Part shown: in pieces, positions 39,956 through 50,769 of the stretch
Numbering within the stretch: position 1 is the stretch's first letter
Layout: each line of letters starts with the position of its first letter
From: a bacterium
GTDB lineage: Bacteria; Electryoneota; JAOADG01
NCBI GenBank assembly: GCA_963681965.1
Contig: OY820579.1
Span: 3,808,001-3,872,000, forward strand
DNA length: 64,000 nt
Reading direction: 5' to 3'
The notes under the pieces: generated by a model
The model's database searches: none
The model's input: only the letters and a program-made list of their open reading frames with translations
Told to the model about the DNA's origin: nothing
Translations under genes and position numbers: made by a program

Positions 39956-41205
39956 TTCGCTACCTCTTCCACCGGTTCGACGATCGGATCGAATTGCAGC
40001 GGAGTGCGAAGAAACCGAATCGCTTTCAATACACCGAATGAAAACATCGTCAATCCGGAAATGATCGACGCATCGGCAGACGATACTTTGCAAAATCGTA
40101 ACACCAGATAGAGGGCACCAGTACCGATCAATTGAATTAGGTCGCTGCGACTTCGGGATTTTCCAAGCACAATCAAGCCGAATGCAACGATACACCCAAC
40201 CCACAATAAATCGATCGATCCATCGAGCACTGGTGGTATAAATTTTGGTTGATAGCGCGGGACATACCAAAACATGAGGAGTGGAAGAAAAGCAAACATT
40301 TGGTATGGCGAAATATTCGCAGCGCTGACTTCTTCGGCAAATCTAAAATTCTCATTTTTGATTTTCCGCCTGATAACGTACGAATTCCAGAGATTCGAAA
40401 TAATGAGACATCCTGCGAAACAAGAAGTAAACGTAATATTCGAAGAATAGTCCCAATTCGGTTTCCAGATTTCCTGACCAATAATCAAGAACAATAGAGC
40501 ACAACTGAAATCATTTACACCGGTTGATAAATAGGTTGAACTAATCCTCTTTGCAGTATCGATCCGTCTGTCGAATGCCGCATCGGCTGCGGGATGCGGT
40601 GGCTCTTCAACAACTGCCATCGGTTTAGGATAACGATTCAGAAATTGCCTGACTTTGAATCCACCATAGAGAATAAGTGCCAGACTCAGCATCAGGAATG
40701 GATAGGCAGGATGAATTAATTTCCACGACACCATTCCCCAACCGAGTGTATTGATCGCGGCAAACAAGTAGTGCTGCGGTGCTTTCCGGGTGATCGCGAT
40801 TACGATCAACCAGAGATCGATCAGCAGACATACTTCCCAAACAATGTTGGTCTCTTGCGGCGGAATCCAAACGGTGAGATCGTTCTGCCGAAACATCAAG
40901 AGATAGTGCAACGCGACGAACAGCGCAATGAAGATGAAATTCACGACAACAAATTTGAGTAATTCGCGATCGATCATTGGCTGACTGAATTCCACCTGTC
41001 CTTTGCGGGGAATCACGATGCGCTCCCGCCATTCTTGAATTGGGATCAAGATGATTGCCGGAACCAGCCACAAAAATACCTGATTGAATTGAAACAACGT
41101 ACAGCCGCCAAATATCAGCAGTCCTAGCCCGACGAACAATTCGACATGACCGTCGGCGATATATTTGCGATAAGTGTTCCACTCTTTTTTGAGTTCAGTG
41201 TTCAC
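39952..41205 (-). CDS. Multi-pass membrane protein, tandem paralog 3
   Basis: YIADGHVEL, PRKGQVEFS; 4-nt overlaps on both sides. Confidence 0.82.
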   Translation of the reverse strand: MNTELKKEWNTYRKYIADGHVELFVGLGLLIFGGCTLFQFNQVFLWLVPAIILIPIQEWRERIVIPRKGQVEFSQPMIDRELLKFVVVNFIFIALFVALHYLLMFRQNDLTVWIPPQETNIVWEVCLLIDLWLIVIAITRKAPQHYLFAAINTLGWGMVSWKLIHPAYPFLMLSLALILYGGFKVRQFLNRYPKPMAVVEEPPHPAADAAFDRRIDTAKRISSTYLSTGVNDFSCALLFLIIGQEIWKPNWDYSSNITFTSCFAGCLIISNLWNSYVIRRKIKNENFRFAEEVSAANISPYQMFAFLPLLMFWYVPRYQPKFIPPVLDGSIDLLWVGCIVAFGLIVLGKSRSRSDLIQLIGTGALYLVLRFCKVSSADASIISGLTMFSFGVLKAIRFLRTPLQFDPIVEPVEEVAK

Positions 41206-42455
41206 GGTTTCACCACCCCTTCGTTGGATAAGTCCGGTACGCGAACGAATATTGCGGGCAGCTTGTTGAATTCCAGCACGCGCAATACCCCCAGAATCAC
41301 TGACAACACGCCGGCAATTGCGACATCAAGAAGAACCGGTACTCCGCACAATCGCAGTACAACATATAAGACGATGACACCGATCATTTTCACTGAAAAG
41401 AGTTTAATTCTGCCGAACCAACCAAAGACGATGGTCGGTAACGTCGCCCCGCCAAGGATGATAAGATCGTAATAGGGAAACAAGTTGGTGGCGTGTTCGT
41501 GCGGCAATCGATCTTCCATGGCACTAAATATCATCACCGGGAGGAAGATTGCGAGATACAGCCAATACGGATTTCGCTCGTAAATCGCACGCACCGATTT
41601 CGCCAAACCTGCCGCTGAAAATTTACGATTCATGGCATAGCTGAACCACAGAGCGGTGGCAATCAGAATGACACCAAAACTAACTGTCGAAATCCAATCG
41701 ATGCTGGAGGTATAATTCGTGGGGATAAGTCGAATAAAAATGCTCACCATGATAAATTCAATCACTCCGGTCATCAGCGAATAGTTGCCCCACTCAATCT
41801 GCTCCCGGTCGATCGCGGCAATCTCTTCCGGTGAATAGTCGTGGTCAGTTTCACTACCCGCTACTTTCACGCGCGGATGTTTGCGCAGAAAGTCGATCAC
41901 CTTGTATCCGCCGGCAACTGCGAGTATCGCGCCGATACCCATGAAACCGATCACGAAGTTGATTTTGAATAGCACCAGGGAAATCCACCACAAGGTGTTC
42001 ACACCCGCCAGCAGATAATGCATTTTCGCGCGACGGAAAATAGCGGTACCCAGAAAAAATAAATTAGTCGGTACCGCAAATAGCAGCGCGATTCCGGCTT
42101 CGTCGTTCATCCACCGATCGAGCCAATCGCTGATCGCCATCATGCCGAACAAAAAAATGAAGTAACAGAATCCCGTTGCAAACAACTGGATAAAGCTTCT
42201 CGCGATAATACTTCCCAACAATTCAGAGCTATATTCGACCTGACCGACACGCGGTACGCGTACCAATTTGTGCCAGAGCACCGGCATCAACACCATCAGC
42301 AGCACAATCGCAACTTTCAAGTACAGATATCCTTCGACACTGAGCATCACGACCGTAAAGAACAGCAATATTCCGATTCCGATGGTGAGTTCGATATGTC
42401 CATTCGCGGAATAATCGCGGTAGATCTTCCACTCTTTTTCCAGTTCGGGTTTCAT
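41202..42455 (-). CDS. Multi-pass membrane protein, tandem paralog 2
   Basis: YSANGHIEL, PRVGQVEYS. Confidence 0.82.
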   Translation of the reverse strand: MKPELEKEWKIYRDYSANGHIELTIGIGILLFFTVVMLSVEGYLYLKVAIVLLMVLMPVLWHKLVRVPRVGQVEYSSELLGSIIARSFIQLFATGFCYFIFLFGMMAISDWLDRWMNDEAGIALLFAVPTNLFFLGTAIFRRAKMHYLLAGVNTLWWISLVLFKINFVIGFMGIGAILAVAGGYKVIDFLRKHPRVKVAGSETDHDYSPEEIAAIDREQIEWGNYSLMTGVIEFIMVSIFIRLIPTNYTSSIDWISTVSFGVILIATALWFSYAMNRKFSAAGLAKSVRAIYERNPYWLYLAIFLPVMIFSAMEDRLPHEHATNLFPYYDLIILGGATLPTIVFGWFGRIKLFSVKMIGVIVLYVVLRLCGVPVLLDVAIAGVLSVILGVLRVLEFNKLPAIFVRVPDLSNEGVVKP

Positions 42456-43696
42456 TGCACAGTTCCTTCCGCAGTTTGGATCGGTGGTTCAAGTTGCAGC
42501 GGTTTTCGGATAAATCGGGTGGCACGGTAGATGCCCAACGTTAGCGGATAGATTGCGGTAATCCATGCCACTGTCGGCTGCGGCAGCGGCGTGACGCGCA
42601 GAATCAGATAGAGCACGACCGAACCGAGTAAGAGTGGAGAGAAGCGTACTACACGCTCGAAATAATTGATTGCAGTCTGGACGATCGCACAATAACCGAT
42701 CACGATCAAATCGAAATATGTGTGAAATTGCATCGATGAACCAGACAAGCTGTTGTGCGGCTGATTCATCAGGAGAATCAAAGGAAACATCAATACCATA
42801 TTGAACAGCGGCGAAGTATTTCTCTTCTCAACTGCGCGAGCGATGTGCAATTGCTCGGTATTCATTCGAAAATATGTCGCCCACGATTTCCATCCGAACG
42901 GGAGAAGCAGCGACCAGATCAACATCCAGAATAGGGGTAGATCGAAGCTTCCGAGCAGAAGCGGGATCAAACAATAACCGCAAGCGATCAAAAACTCTTC
43001 GGCACCGGTGGCGAGGTAATGACGATAGATTGCTTGCTCATATTCCGTTCTGGCAGTGAATGCTTGATCGACTGACGGCGACACCGGTTCCTGCACTGCT
43101 GCCGGATGCTTCGGGTAGCGCCGGAAAAACAGGATCACCAGCGTTCCGCCGATTGTAGTCAATAGCACACCCAGCGCGGCAAAGACCCAGAGCTGATCGA
43201 GATTCCATTGCAACACAGTCCACCACACGATGACATTGACGGCGGCAATGACGTAGTGACGTTTCACCTGAGTGACGAAAGCACCTCCGAGCATGACGAA
43301 GGTGAAAATCAAACCGAGGAAGATGGTCATCACCGGTTCGGTCCCGGCAAACCAGTGTGGAATACGATCGCGAAGTTGATGGAGTACGATCACTGTCAGC
43401 ACGACAGTTCCGACGAAACCGGCAATTGCCCACCAGAGTCGTCGGTAGAGTTGATGGATGAGTGCAGGATGAAATTCGACATGACCTCGACGCGGCATCA
43501 CGACGATGCGGTGCCAGAGCAGCGCCGGAATGGCAATCAGACCGAGCACGATCATCAGAATTTCCATTTCACAATGCCAATATCCACCGATCGCGCATGC
43601 CATCATTCCGATGCCGATGAACAATTCGAGATGCCCGTCATTACGATATTCGCGGAAAGTATTCCATTCTTTCGATGTGCATTGCAGGTTGTCCAT
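42452..43696 (-). CDS. Multi-pass membrane protein, tandem paralog 1
   Basis: YRNDGHLEL, PRRGHVEFH; GGAG RBS. Confidence 0.82.
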   Translation of the reverse strand: MDNLQCTSKEWNTFREYRNDGHLELFIGIGMMACAIGGYWHCEMEILMIVLGLIAIPALLWHRIVVMPRRGHVEFHPALIHQLYRRLWWAIAGFVGTVVLTVIVLHQLRDRIPHWFAGTEPVMTIFLGLIFTFVMLGGAFVTQVKRHYVIAAVNVIVWWTVLQWNLDQLWVFAALGVLLTTIGGTLVILFFRRYPKHPAAVQEPVSPSVDQAFTARTEYEQAIYRHYLATGAEEFLIACGYCLIPLLLGSFDLPLFWMLIWSLLLPFGWKSWATYFRMNTEQLHIARAVEKRNTSPLFNMVLMFPLILLMNQPHNSLSGSSMQFHTYFDLIVIGYCAIVQTAINYFERVVRFSPLLLGSVVLYLILRVTPLPQPTVAWITAIYPLTLGIYRATRFIRKPLQLEPPIQTAEGTVQ

Positions 43697-43819
43697 TTTA
43701 TCTCCGCAGATTAGTCTGTGCTACAAACCATTCTGTAAAGAATCTACTCGATCGCAAGTATTTTGTCAAGCACAATTGCTCTCATTTGTTAATTATTTAG
43801 TATTATAGCTGTTACAGAG

Positions 43820-44480
43820 AGCGGGTGGTAGGTGATGGGTCGTGGGTGATGGGTAATGGGTGGTAGGTGGTAGGTATTGGGTGGTGGGTTGGAAGGTAAA
43901 AAGAAGGTAGCTGCGGACTAAAAAAAGAGTCCGCGTATTTGTCCAATGTAGCCGCAGGCTTATGGATTTTAACTATTTATCTTTACATCTTTGGTAGGGG
44001 CGGTTCGCGAACCGCCCGTGTCTGGTGCATTAGCTAAAGTAGGGGCTTATGGCAACCGTGAAGCTCTCACTGAACGTACTACACCCGCATCTTTTGATTC
44101 AAAGTTTCAATCTTTGAATTCTTCCAATTCAACTGTTTCGGGCGGACGCGTAAGAACGCCCCTACCAAAAACACACTGATTTATCGATTCGGTCTTCAAT
44201 CCGCAATTCTTGAAAATGAAACAGAGAATGGAATAAAGTCCAACGCTACAGCGATGTTAATCTATTTAGTTAAAAGCCATTAGACTGCGATTGTTTTGTA
44301 GTACTGCCCAACTCCGATTGGGCATTGATTCATTTTTTTTTCGTGCAGTTCAATGATAAAACAGATACAAGAAATGGTCAGAACAAGTTCTGACCTACTG
44401 AAAAGATGGGTAGTAGGGAATAGGTATTGGGTGTTGGGAAAAGATAAAAAAGAATGCCGATTCGGAGATCGACAATACTG
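43820..44480. repeat. G-rich heptamer run plus REP-like cluster, including a ~345-bp nested inverted-repeat element (43948-44292)
   Basis: GGTGGTA/GGGTGAT heptamers; the element is repeated at 47909-48253. Confidence 0.85.
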
Positions 44481-44631
44481 TTCTTAACCAAGCACTAGTA
44501 TTCCATTGTGGACAATCGGTGGATAACTCGCGATCTTTATGTCGCCTTTAGGAGTCAGCCAAATTTCACCATTTTCGCGAACGAAATAACAATCACTAAC
44601 GATAAGAAAATGCAATGGTAAAAGATTTTAC

Positions 44632-44660
44632 TTGACTTTTGCCTAAAAATGTATTATATT
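44632..44660 (+). promoter_or_regulatory. Sigma70-type promoter upstream of the ssb-like gene
   Basis: TTGACT-17 nt-TATATT. Confidence 0.55.
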
Positions 44661-44860
44661 ATATACATGATAGGGTGTAGGTATTGGGTGGTAGGTGGTG
44701 GGGAAAAGAAATAAATGATCATGACTTCCCGCTTAACAGTGAATCCCCTTCTTCAAACATTACCAATCTGCCAACTCCGTCGCTTGCTGCTACAATCTCT
44801 GACCGACAAAGACTCTTTTATAAAAAATCTCACCGCATCATCCTCGAAAGGAATCCAACC

Positions 44861-45199
44861 ATGCCCGATATCAATGAATGGTGGCTGCAAGGTCGCATCG
44901 GCGCGATCTCGCCACTTCAATCCGGCGCCGAAACCAGCTACTGTAAAGTCTCACTCGCCACCTCGACCCGTCACGACAACGAAGGAAAACCGACCGACGA
45001 ATGGCACGACCTGCTGCTGTTCCGCCGCTTGGCGGAAAAATTTCACACCCACGCACAAATCGGTCAAACCGTCCGCTTCAAAGGATATCTCCACCGCTAC
45101 CAGCGCAAGCATCCCGCCCGTACAACCGAACAACAACTGATCGTCACCTGGTTCGCCTTCGATACCACCAAACGGAGTGAAACCGACCCTGCAGGATGA
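44861..45199 (+). CDS. Single-stranded DNA-binding (OB-fold) protein, tail-less
   Basis: IN...LQGRIG, SLATS, TDEWHDLLLFRRLAE, IGQTVRFKGYL; AAGGA RBS; no acidic C-terminal tip. Confidence 0.78.
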   Translation: MPDINEWWLQGRIGAISPLQSGAETSYCKVSLATSTRHDNEGKPTDEWHDLLLFRRLAEKFHTHAQIGQTVRFKGYLHRYQRKHPARTTEQQLIVTWFAFDTTKRSETDPAG

Positions 45200-45334
45200 C
45201 CTCGCCTCCGCCACACGGTCAATTCCCCCGACCGCTGCAACTTTCTTTCGAAAATTGTCGTTACGAGTTCTTTTTGAAAACGAATTGAGTTATTTTACGA
45301 AACGACTCAACTTCACCTTCTATCCGGAGCACCG

Positions 45335-47713
45335 ATGATCCACTCTCGCCACGTTCGTACCGGTTTCTTACTGATCGCATCGATCTCATGCTGGCTGCTG
45401 TTCGCTAGTTGTCGCGATGCCGATACTACAGCACCCACTTCGAATGGTGGACCTGTAGTAACACTGCAACAGATCACCGGCATTTGGATTCACATCGCAA
45501 CCGCCATCGCACCTAACAACGGAGCGACGACCACCAATCTGCTAGAGACCTTCGAGTATCTGACTATCGCATCCGATCGCTGCACTTTTTCGACCGGTTC
45601 ATACAATGACTACTACCCCATCGGGAAAACGCGGTGGCTTTACAACAACCTTTTTATCTTCAATTTCAGTAATTACTATCCATCGTTCAGCCATAGCGAT
45701 TCGATGTACATGTCGGTACAACTTACTGGCAATGTAATGCGCACGGAGTGGACTCCGATCGGTCAATCGACGAACACCAAGTACGCCGATCTCTGGATTC
45801 GGTCAAATGCCCTTGACCAAATCATTCTAGGTGTAACCCGATCGAGTAATTATTCGGCTCTTTCCAATCGATCGATCTACAATTTCAGCAGCGGTTACAA
45901 CGACAGTGTCGCAACCTCCGACCAATACGGGTTCTTTTCGATCCAGACGCTTCAATCGTATCCCGACGTCGGCATCATTAACGGCAGTTCCAGACGTCAC
46001 GGGGTATACCGGTCGATAAGCAGCATTAATTCATGCAGATTGATCGATATCGCAATCAATACCGGATCGATCGTCGGAACGATTTCTCCGGTATACTCGA
46101 AGTTCGGACGATCGGTAACCATATCCACGATACCCAAGACCGATTCGATCACCTTATCGCGGAATGAGACACAATCGGGAAATTATCAATTACTCAATAT
46201 TCCCTCGGGATCATTCGAAGTCGTGGTTTCGGGTTTCGGTTTCGAAACGAATCGACAAGCGGTGACCTTGCCCGACAATCAAACCGATACCGTCAATTTT
46301 ACGATGCGCCCGTCTCCTTACGGTGCACTGAAAATCGTAGCGACCGATTCCCTTTCCGGTAACGGAATCCACTTGCAGAACGTCGATATGCACTTTGCGA
46401 TCGGTTCGAATTATGTCAGCTTGTACAATACCGACAGTATCGCTTATGTCGATTCGATTCCCAGCGGCACGCTACAAATTAATGCGTACACTTCCGGGTA
46501 TAATTCGAAGACTTACTCTGCAACAATTCTCGCCGGAGATACCACCACTTTAAATGTTATTCTGAATCACTCCTATTGCAGATTGACTGGTGTGCTCAAC
46601 GATGAGTTAACCGATCAACCGGTTGCCAGCGCCCGCGTTGTTCTTCTCGGAACAAGCGATTCAACGGATACCGATAGCGACGGCAACTTTCAGTTCGATC
46701 GCGTAGAAACCGGAGAGCGATTTCTTCGAGTCGAAAAAGCTGGGTACGTGACGGATTCGATTCTGATTAATTGTTATGGTAATGGTACTTATCACATAAC
46801 GGCAACGATCAATCCACTGATCTGTTTCGATCGGGCAGCGCTGCAAGGACACAGCGATCAAGTCAACTGTGTTGCCTTCAACCGGCAGAGTACGATGTTG
46901 GCAAGTGGCAGCGACGATAATCGAATTTTGATCTGGTCGACGTCCACTCATGCACTGTTGCAAACAATCGCTAGCGATGCATACGAAGTCACCTGTTTAT
47001 CATTCACCGCCGATGGCAACTTCCTTGCCGCGGGAACCTGGAACGGCAGTGTGAAATTATGGCGCGTGTCCGACGGTGCCTTGATTCGGACTTTCCCGCA
47101 GCAACCGTCGCGGATCACCGATCTGGCAATCGATCCGACCGATACTCGACTCGCAGTGGTTGCCTATACTTCCGATTCGCTCAAGTTTTACCGTCTTGCC
47201 GATGGGACACTTGATCGGGCAGTTCACTCCGAATCGAATTTGCATTCGGTCCAATTCAATCCTTCCGGCACCCGCGTGATCTGCACCTCGAATACGACCG
47301 TTCCGATCTTTCGGGTCGACGACGGATCGAATTATTACACGTTCTCGGATCTATATCCGATAGCTGCTACCTACTCGACATCGGGTACAAAATTGGCAAT
47401 TGCATCCAATACCGATCATCGAATCAAGATTTATCGCAGCATCGATCTTACTTCATTGAATACGATTTCACTTTCCTCAAATCAATTGCTCGCGTATAAA
47501 GCATTGACGTTCCATCCCAATGGTAAAGTGATTGGCGCGATCAGCGAAGGGTCGTTATTGTTCTGGGAGTGTTCCGATAATTCTGCGTTGTACCAGACGG
47601 TTGAATCCGGCAGCAACGGTCTGACCTCACTCGCTATCAGTCCCGATGGCGGGTATGTCGCAGCAGGTGGCAGTGACAACTCGGTCTGGATCTGGAAGAG
47701 TCACGGAGAATAG
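45335..47713 (+). CDS. WD40 / carboxypeptidase-regulatory-like lipoprotein, paralog 2
   Basis: Lipobox LFASC; GHSDQVNCVAFN...LASGSDDNRILIW. Confidence 0.88.
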   Translation: MIHSRHVRTGFLLIASISCWLLFASCRDADTTAPTSNGGPVVTLQQITGIWIHIATAIAPNNGATTTNLLETFEYLTIASDRCTFSTGSYNDYYPIGKTRWLYNNLFIFNFSNYYPSFSHSDSMYMSVQLTGNVMRTEWTPIGQSTNTKYADLWIRSNALDQIILGVTRSSNYSALSNRSIYNFSSGYNDSVATSDQYGFFSIQTLQSYPDVGIINGSSRRHGVYRSISSINSCRLIDIAINTGSIVGTISPVYSKFGRSVTISTIPKTDSITLSRNETQSGNYQLLNIPSGSFEVVVSGFGFETNRQAVTLPDNQTDTVNFTMRPSPYGALKIVATDSLSGNGIHLQNVDMHFAIGSNYVSLYNTDSIAYVDSIPSGTLQINAYTSGYNSKTYSATILAGDTTTLNVILNHSYCRLTGVLNDELTDQPVASARVVLLGTSDSTDTDSDGNFQFDRVETGERFLRVEKAGYVTDSILINCYGNGTYHITATINPLICFDRAALQGHSDQVNCVAFNRQSTMLASGSDDNRILIWSTSTHALLQTIASDAYEVTCLSFTADGNFLAAGTWNGSVKLWRVSDGALIRTFPQQPSRITDLAIDPTDTRLAVVAYTSDSLKFYRLADGTLDRAVHSESNLHSVQFNPSGTRVICTSNTTVPIFRVDDGSNYYTFSDLYPIAATYSTSGTKLAIASNTDHRIKIYRSIDLTSLNTISLSSNQLLAYKALTFHPNGKVIGAISEGSLLFWECSDNSALYQTVESGSNGLTSLAISPDGGYVAAGGSDNSVWIWKSHGE

Positions 47714-47759
47714 TACCGGGTAATTTTTTTGAAGATCGGTCGCATCGAACTAATTTTTT

Positions 47760-48253
47760 GTAGGTCAGAACTTGTTCTGACCACCGTTCGCGACAAGAAT
47801 AGAATAGATGGACGCAGGCTATTAGATGGGTAGTAGATAGTAGGTGGTAGGTGGTAGGAAAACGATGGGTAGCGGCGGACTTCAGTCCGCTAATATTTAA
47901 ATTTTTTTGAAGACGCAGGCTGATGGCTTTTAATTATTTATCTATACATCTTTGGTAGGGGCGGTTCGCGAACCGCCCGTGTCTGGTGCATTAGCCACAG
48001 TAGGACTAATGGCAACCGCGAAGCGCTCAGAGAAGGTAAAATGCCCGCATCGTTTGATTCAATTTTTCAATCTTCGTATGCTGCCAATTCAACTGTTACG
48101 GGCGGTTCGCGAACCGCCCCTACCATAAACACACTGACTTGCCTTTCGGTCTTCTATCTGCAATTCTTGAAAAATGAAACAGAGAATGGACTAAAGTCCA
48201 ACGTTACATCGAAGTTAATCTATTTAGTTGTAAAGCCATAAGCCTGCGGCTAC
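47760..48253. repeat. REP-like cluster with second copy of the nested inverted-repeat element (47909-48253)
   Basis: Colinear with 43948-44292. Confidence 0.85.
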
Positions 48254-48333
48254 AAAGGATGTAGAAACAGGATCTGGACGAAGATCACAGCGACAACATG
48301 AACAATTCAATTCGATCTTAGAGCGGAGCAACC

Positions 48334-50709
48334 ATGATCGTGCGAAATCGCTTCAACTATCTGATACCGATCCTAACCGTGGTGGTTATGCTGCTTTGTG
48401 TCAGTGGTTGTATGAAGGACGACACCGACACCGTCAGCACCCCCATTACCCCGGTTGTTCCCGCGCAATTGCGCGGAACTTGGTTGCACGTTGCAACCGC
48501 CACAATGTCGATGAACACCGTCGTCAGTTGCAGTCTTATCGCCACCACCGGCATGATGCAAATCTATGGTAATCTGTCGATATACGCTTCGAAGAGCAAT
48601 GAATTCGCCATGAATGGGATTTACGGCTCTGGCTATTTACGTTACATCTCGGGTAACCGTTATCTCGCATTCTTCTATACTCGCAGCAATTCGAGGCGAT
48701 CTGGTTCCCGACTCGACACACTGCAACTGGAAGTCCAACTTGACGGCGATATCCTCCGGACGATCTGGAGCTATCCGTTGCAGCACAGCCTCAATACCAA
48801 CTCTTATGTCGATCTCTGGATCAATAACAGTACTTCCTCCAGTTACATTGCCGGCGTAACACGATTCGGCAACGGCTCGCCCCTCGCCAATCTTCCGATC
48901 TTAGGCGATCGCGGCAGCGGTTACGATAGTATCGCACAGTCGGATCGCTACGGTTTTTTTACACTCTCGAACAGCGCTCAAATCGTGGGCGTGAAAACCA
49001 ATCGGTCCGGCGAAGAACGAGTGGGTACTTTCCTGCCATCGCAACAAAATCTTGTCCGGCTGAGCGAAATTGTTTACCACGGCGGTTCGCTTACCGGCAA
49101 GATCACACCGGGATATGTTCTTTTCTATACTCAGCAGGCGAAACTCACCATTTCTCCGACTAACAGAACCGTGTATGCCGATACCTCCGGAAATTTTTTC
49201 TTACGGAACCTTCAGAATCGCGATTATTCACTCAAGATCACTCAGTTCGGATGCCGCGATACAGTCATACCTATTACGATCTCGGACAATCGGATCGATA
49301 CGATGAATATTTCGCTTACAAGGATACCGGTTGGCAGTTTGCGGATATCGGTCGTCAACGATATCGGTACTCCGCTAACCCATATCGATCTCGAAATTGT
49401 CTCGTATTACCCATATTTCTACAATGCCGATAGCGTACTTCAAGTCGATTCACTCCCGATCGGACGATATTCGATTCGTGTGGGTGTCCCCGGTTTTCCA
49501 ATCTACTCCGATTCGGTAACAATCAACGGCAACGCGACCACTTCACTGACTATTCGAAAGCCACGTCAATACACGAAAGTTATCGGAGAAGTTACCGACT
49601 GGCTGACGGACCAGCCGATCCCGAATGTTCTGGTAACCAGTACCGGAACAAATCAGCGAACATTTACCGATACTGACGGTCAGTACATTCTGGACAACGT
49701 CTTGACCGGTTCGCAAAGTTTCTTCTTTTCAAAGAATGGCAGTTACTCTTCCGATACCGTTAGTCAAATGGTCTGGGGCAATAACTCGAATACTCAACTT
49801 AATGTTCAACTAAAGCCGCAGCTAGTTGGTGGAATGACGATGCTGTCGGGACACACCGATCTGGTAACTGACGTCAAGTATAGCCACTCCGGCTCGATGC
49901 TGGCGAGCAGCAGTAACGACGGCACGGTCAAACTTTGGTCGACTTATAGTGGTGCATTATTGCGCACGCTTCCGGCAAACGGGCACGAAGTCACTTGTGT
50001 TGCTTTCAGTGCCACCGATAAGTACGTCGCAGCCGGAACGTGGGACGATAGTGTCCGGATCTGGCGGACGTCAGATGGCGAATTGGTGCATACCATTCTG
50101 ATGAGAACGAATTCACTGGCATTCAATCCGAATGGATCGCAACTGATTTTGGTCAACGATCGAGGTATTTCTGCGCGGCGTACCGATGATTGGTCTGAAT
50201 ACTATAGCATCGATTTCTACGATAATTTACCGGTTTGTTTCAATCCTTCCGGTTCGCAGTTTCTCAGTCCACACGATCATCAATTATCGATATTTAACAG
50301 CAGCGATATGAGTTACTATTCATTCGGTAATTACTGGCATAATCCTACAGCCGCCGGTTTCAATAGTACCGGATCGTTGGTTGGCGTCATCTACGACCAA
50401 ATTCTAAGAATATATATTTATGGTAATGAGTCAGAGTATCAAGAAATTCATTATCCATATTCGGATGAATTTTCGATCACGGCAATGTCGTTTTTCCCCA
50501 ATGTCGATCTGGTTGCAAGCACTACCAGTACCGGGAAAATACTCTTCTGGGATGTGATCCATAATTGGGATGAGATCCATAATAATATCTATCAATCGCT
50601 CAATACCGATACGGATTGCCTGACATCGCTCGCGATCAGTCCTACCGGTCATCAAATGGCTGCGTGCGGAGCAGACAATCGGATTCGGATCTGGCAGTGT
50701 TTCCCATAG
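48334..50709 (+). CDS. WD40 / carboxypeptidase-regulatory-like lipoprotein, paralog 3
   Basis: Lipobox VSGC; GHTDLVTDVKYS...SSSNDGTVKLW. Confidence 0.88.
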   Translation: MIVRNRFNYLIPILTVVVMLLCVSGCMKDDTDTVSTPITPVVPAQLRGTWLHVATATMSMNTVVSCSLIATTGMMQIYGNLSIYASKSNEFAMNGIYGSGYLRYISGNRYLAFFYTRSNSRRSGSRLDTLQLEVQLDGDILRTIWSYPLQHSLNTNSYVDLWINNSTSSSYIAGVTRFGNGSPLANLPILGDRGSGYDSIAQSDRYGFFTLSNSAQIVGVKTNRSGEERVGTFLPSQQNLVRLSEIVYHGGSLTGKITPGYVLFYTQQAKLTISPTNRTVYADTSGNFFLRNLQNRDYSLKITQFGCRDTVIPITISDNRIDTMNISLTRIPVGSLRISVVNDIGTPLTHIDLEIVSYYPYFYNADSVLQVDSLPIGRYSIRVGVPGFPIYSDSVTINGNATTSLTIRKPRQYTKVIGEVTDWLTDQPIPNVLVTSTGTNQRTFTDTDGQYILDNVLTGSQSFFFSKNGSYSSDTVSQMVWGNNSNTQLNVQLKPQLVGGMTMLSGHTDLVTDVKYSHSGSMLASSSNDGTVKLWSTYSGALLRTLPANGHEVTCVAFSATDKYVAAGTWDDSVRIWRTSDGELVHTILMRTNSLAFNPNGSQLILVNDRGISARRTDDWSEYYSIDFYDNLPVCFNPSGSQFLSPHDHQLSIFNSSDMSYYSFGNYWHNPTAAGFNSTGSLVGVIYDQILRIYIYGNESEYQEIHYPYSDEFSITAMSFFPNVDLVASTTSTGKILFWDVIHNWDEIHNNIYQSLNTDTDCLTSLAISPTGHQMAACGADNRIRIWQCFP

Positions 50710-50769
50710 ATTTTTGTGGATAGATGGAGTTCGGTAGTACTGCGGTTTTAAAACGGCGAGCATCTTCTT

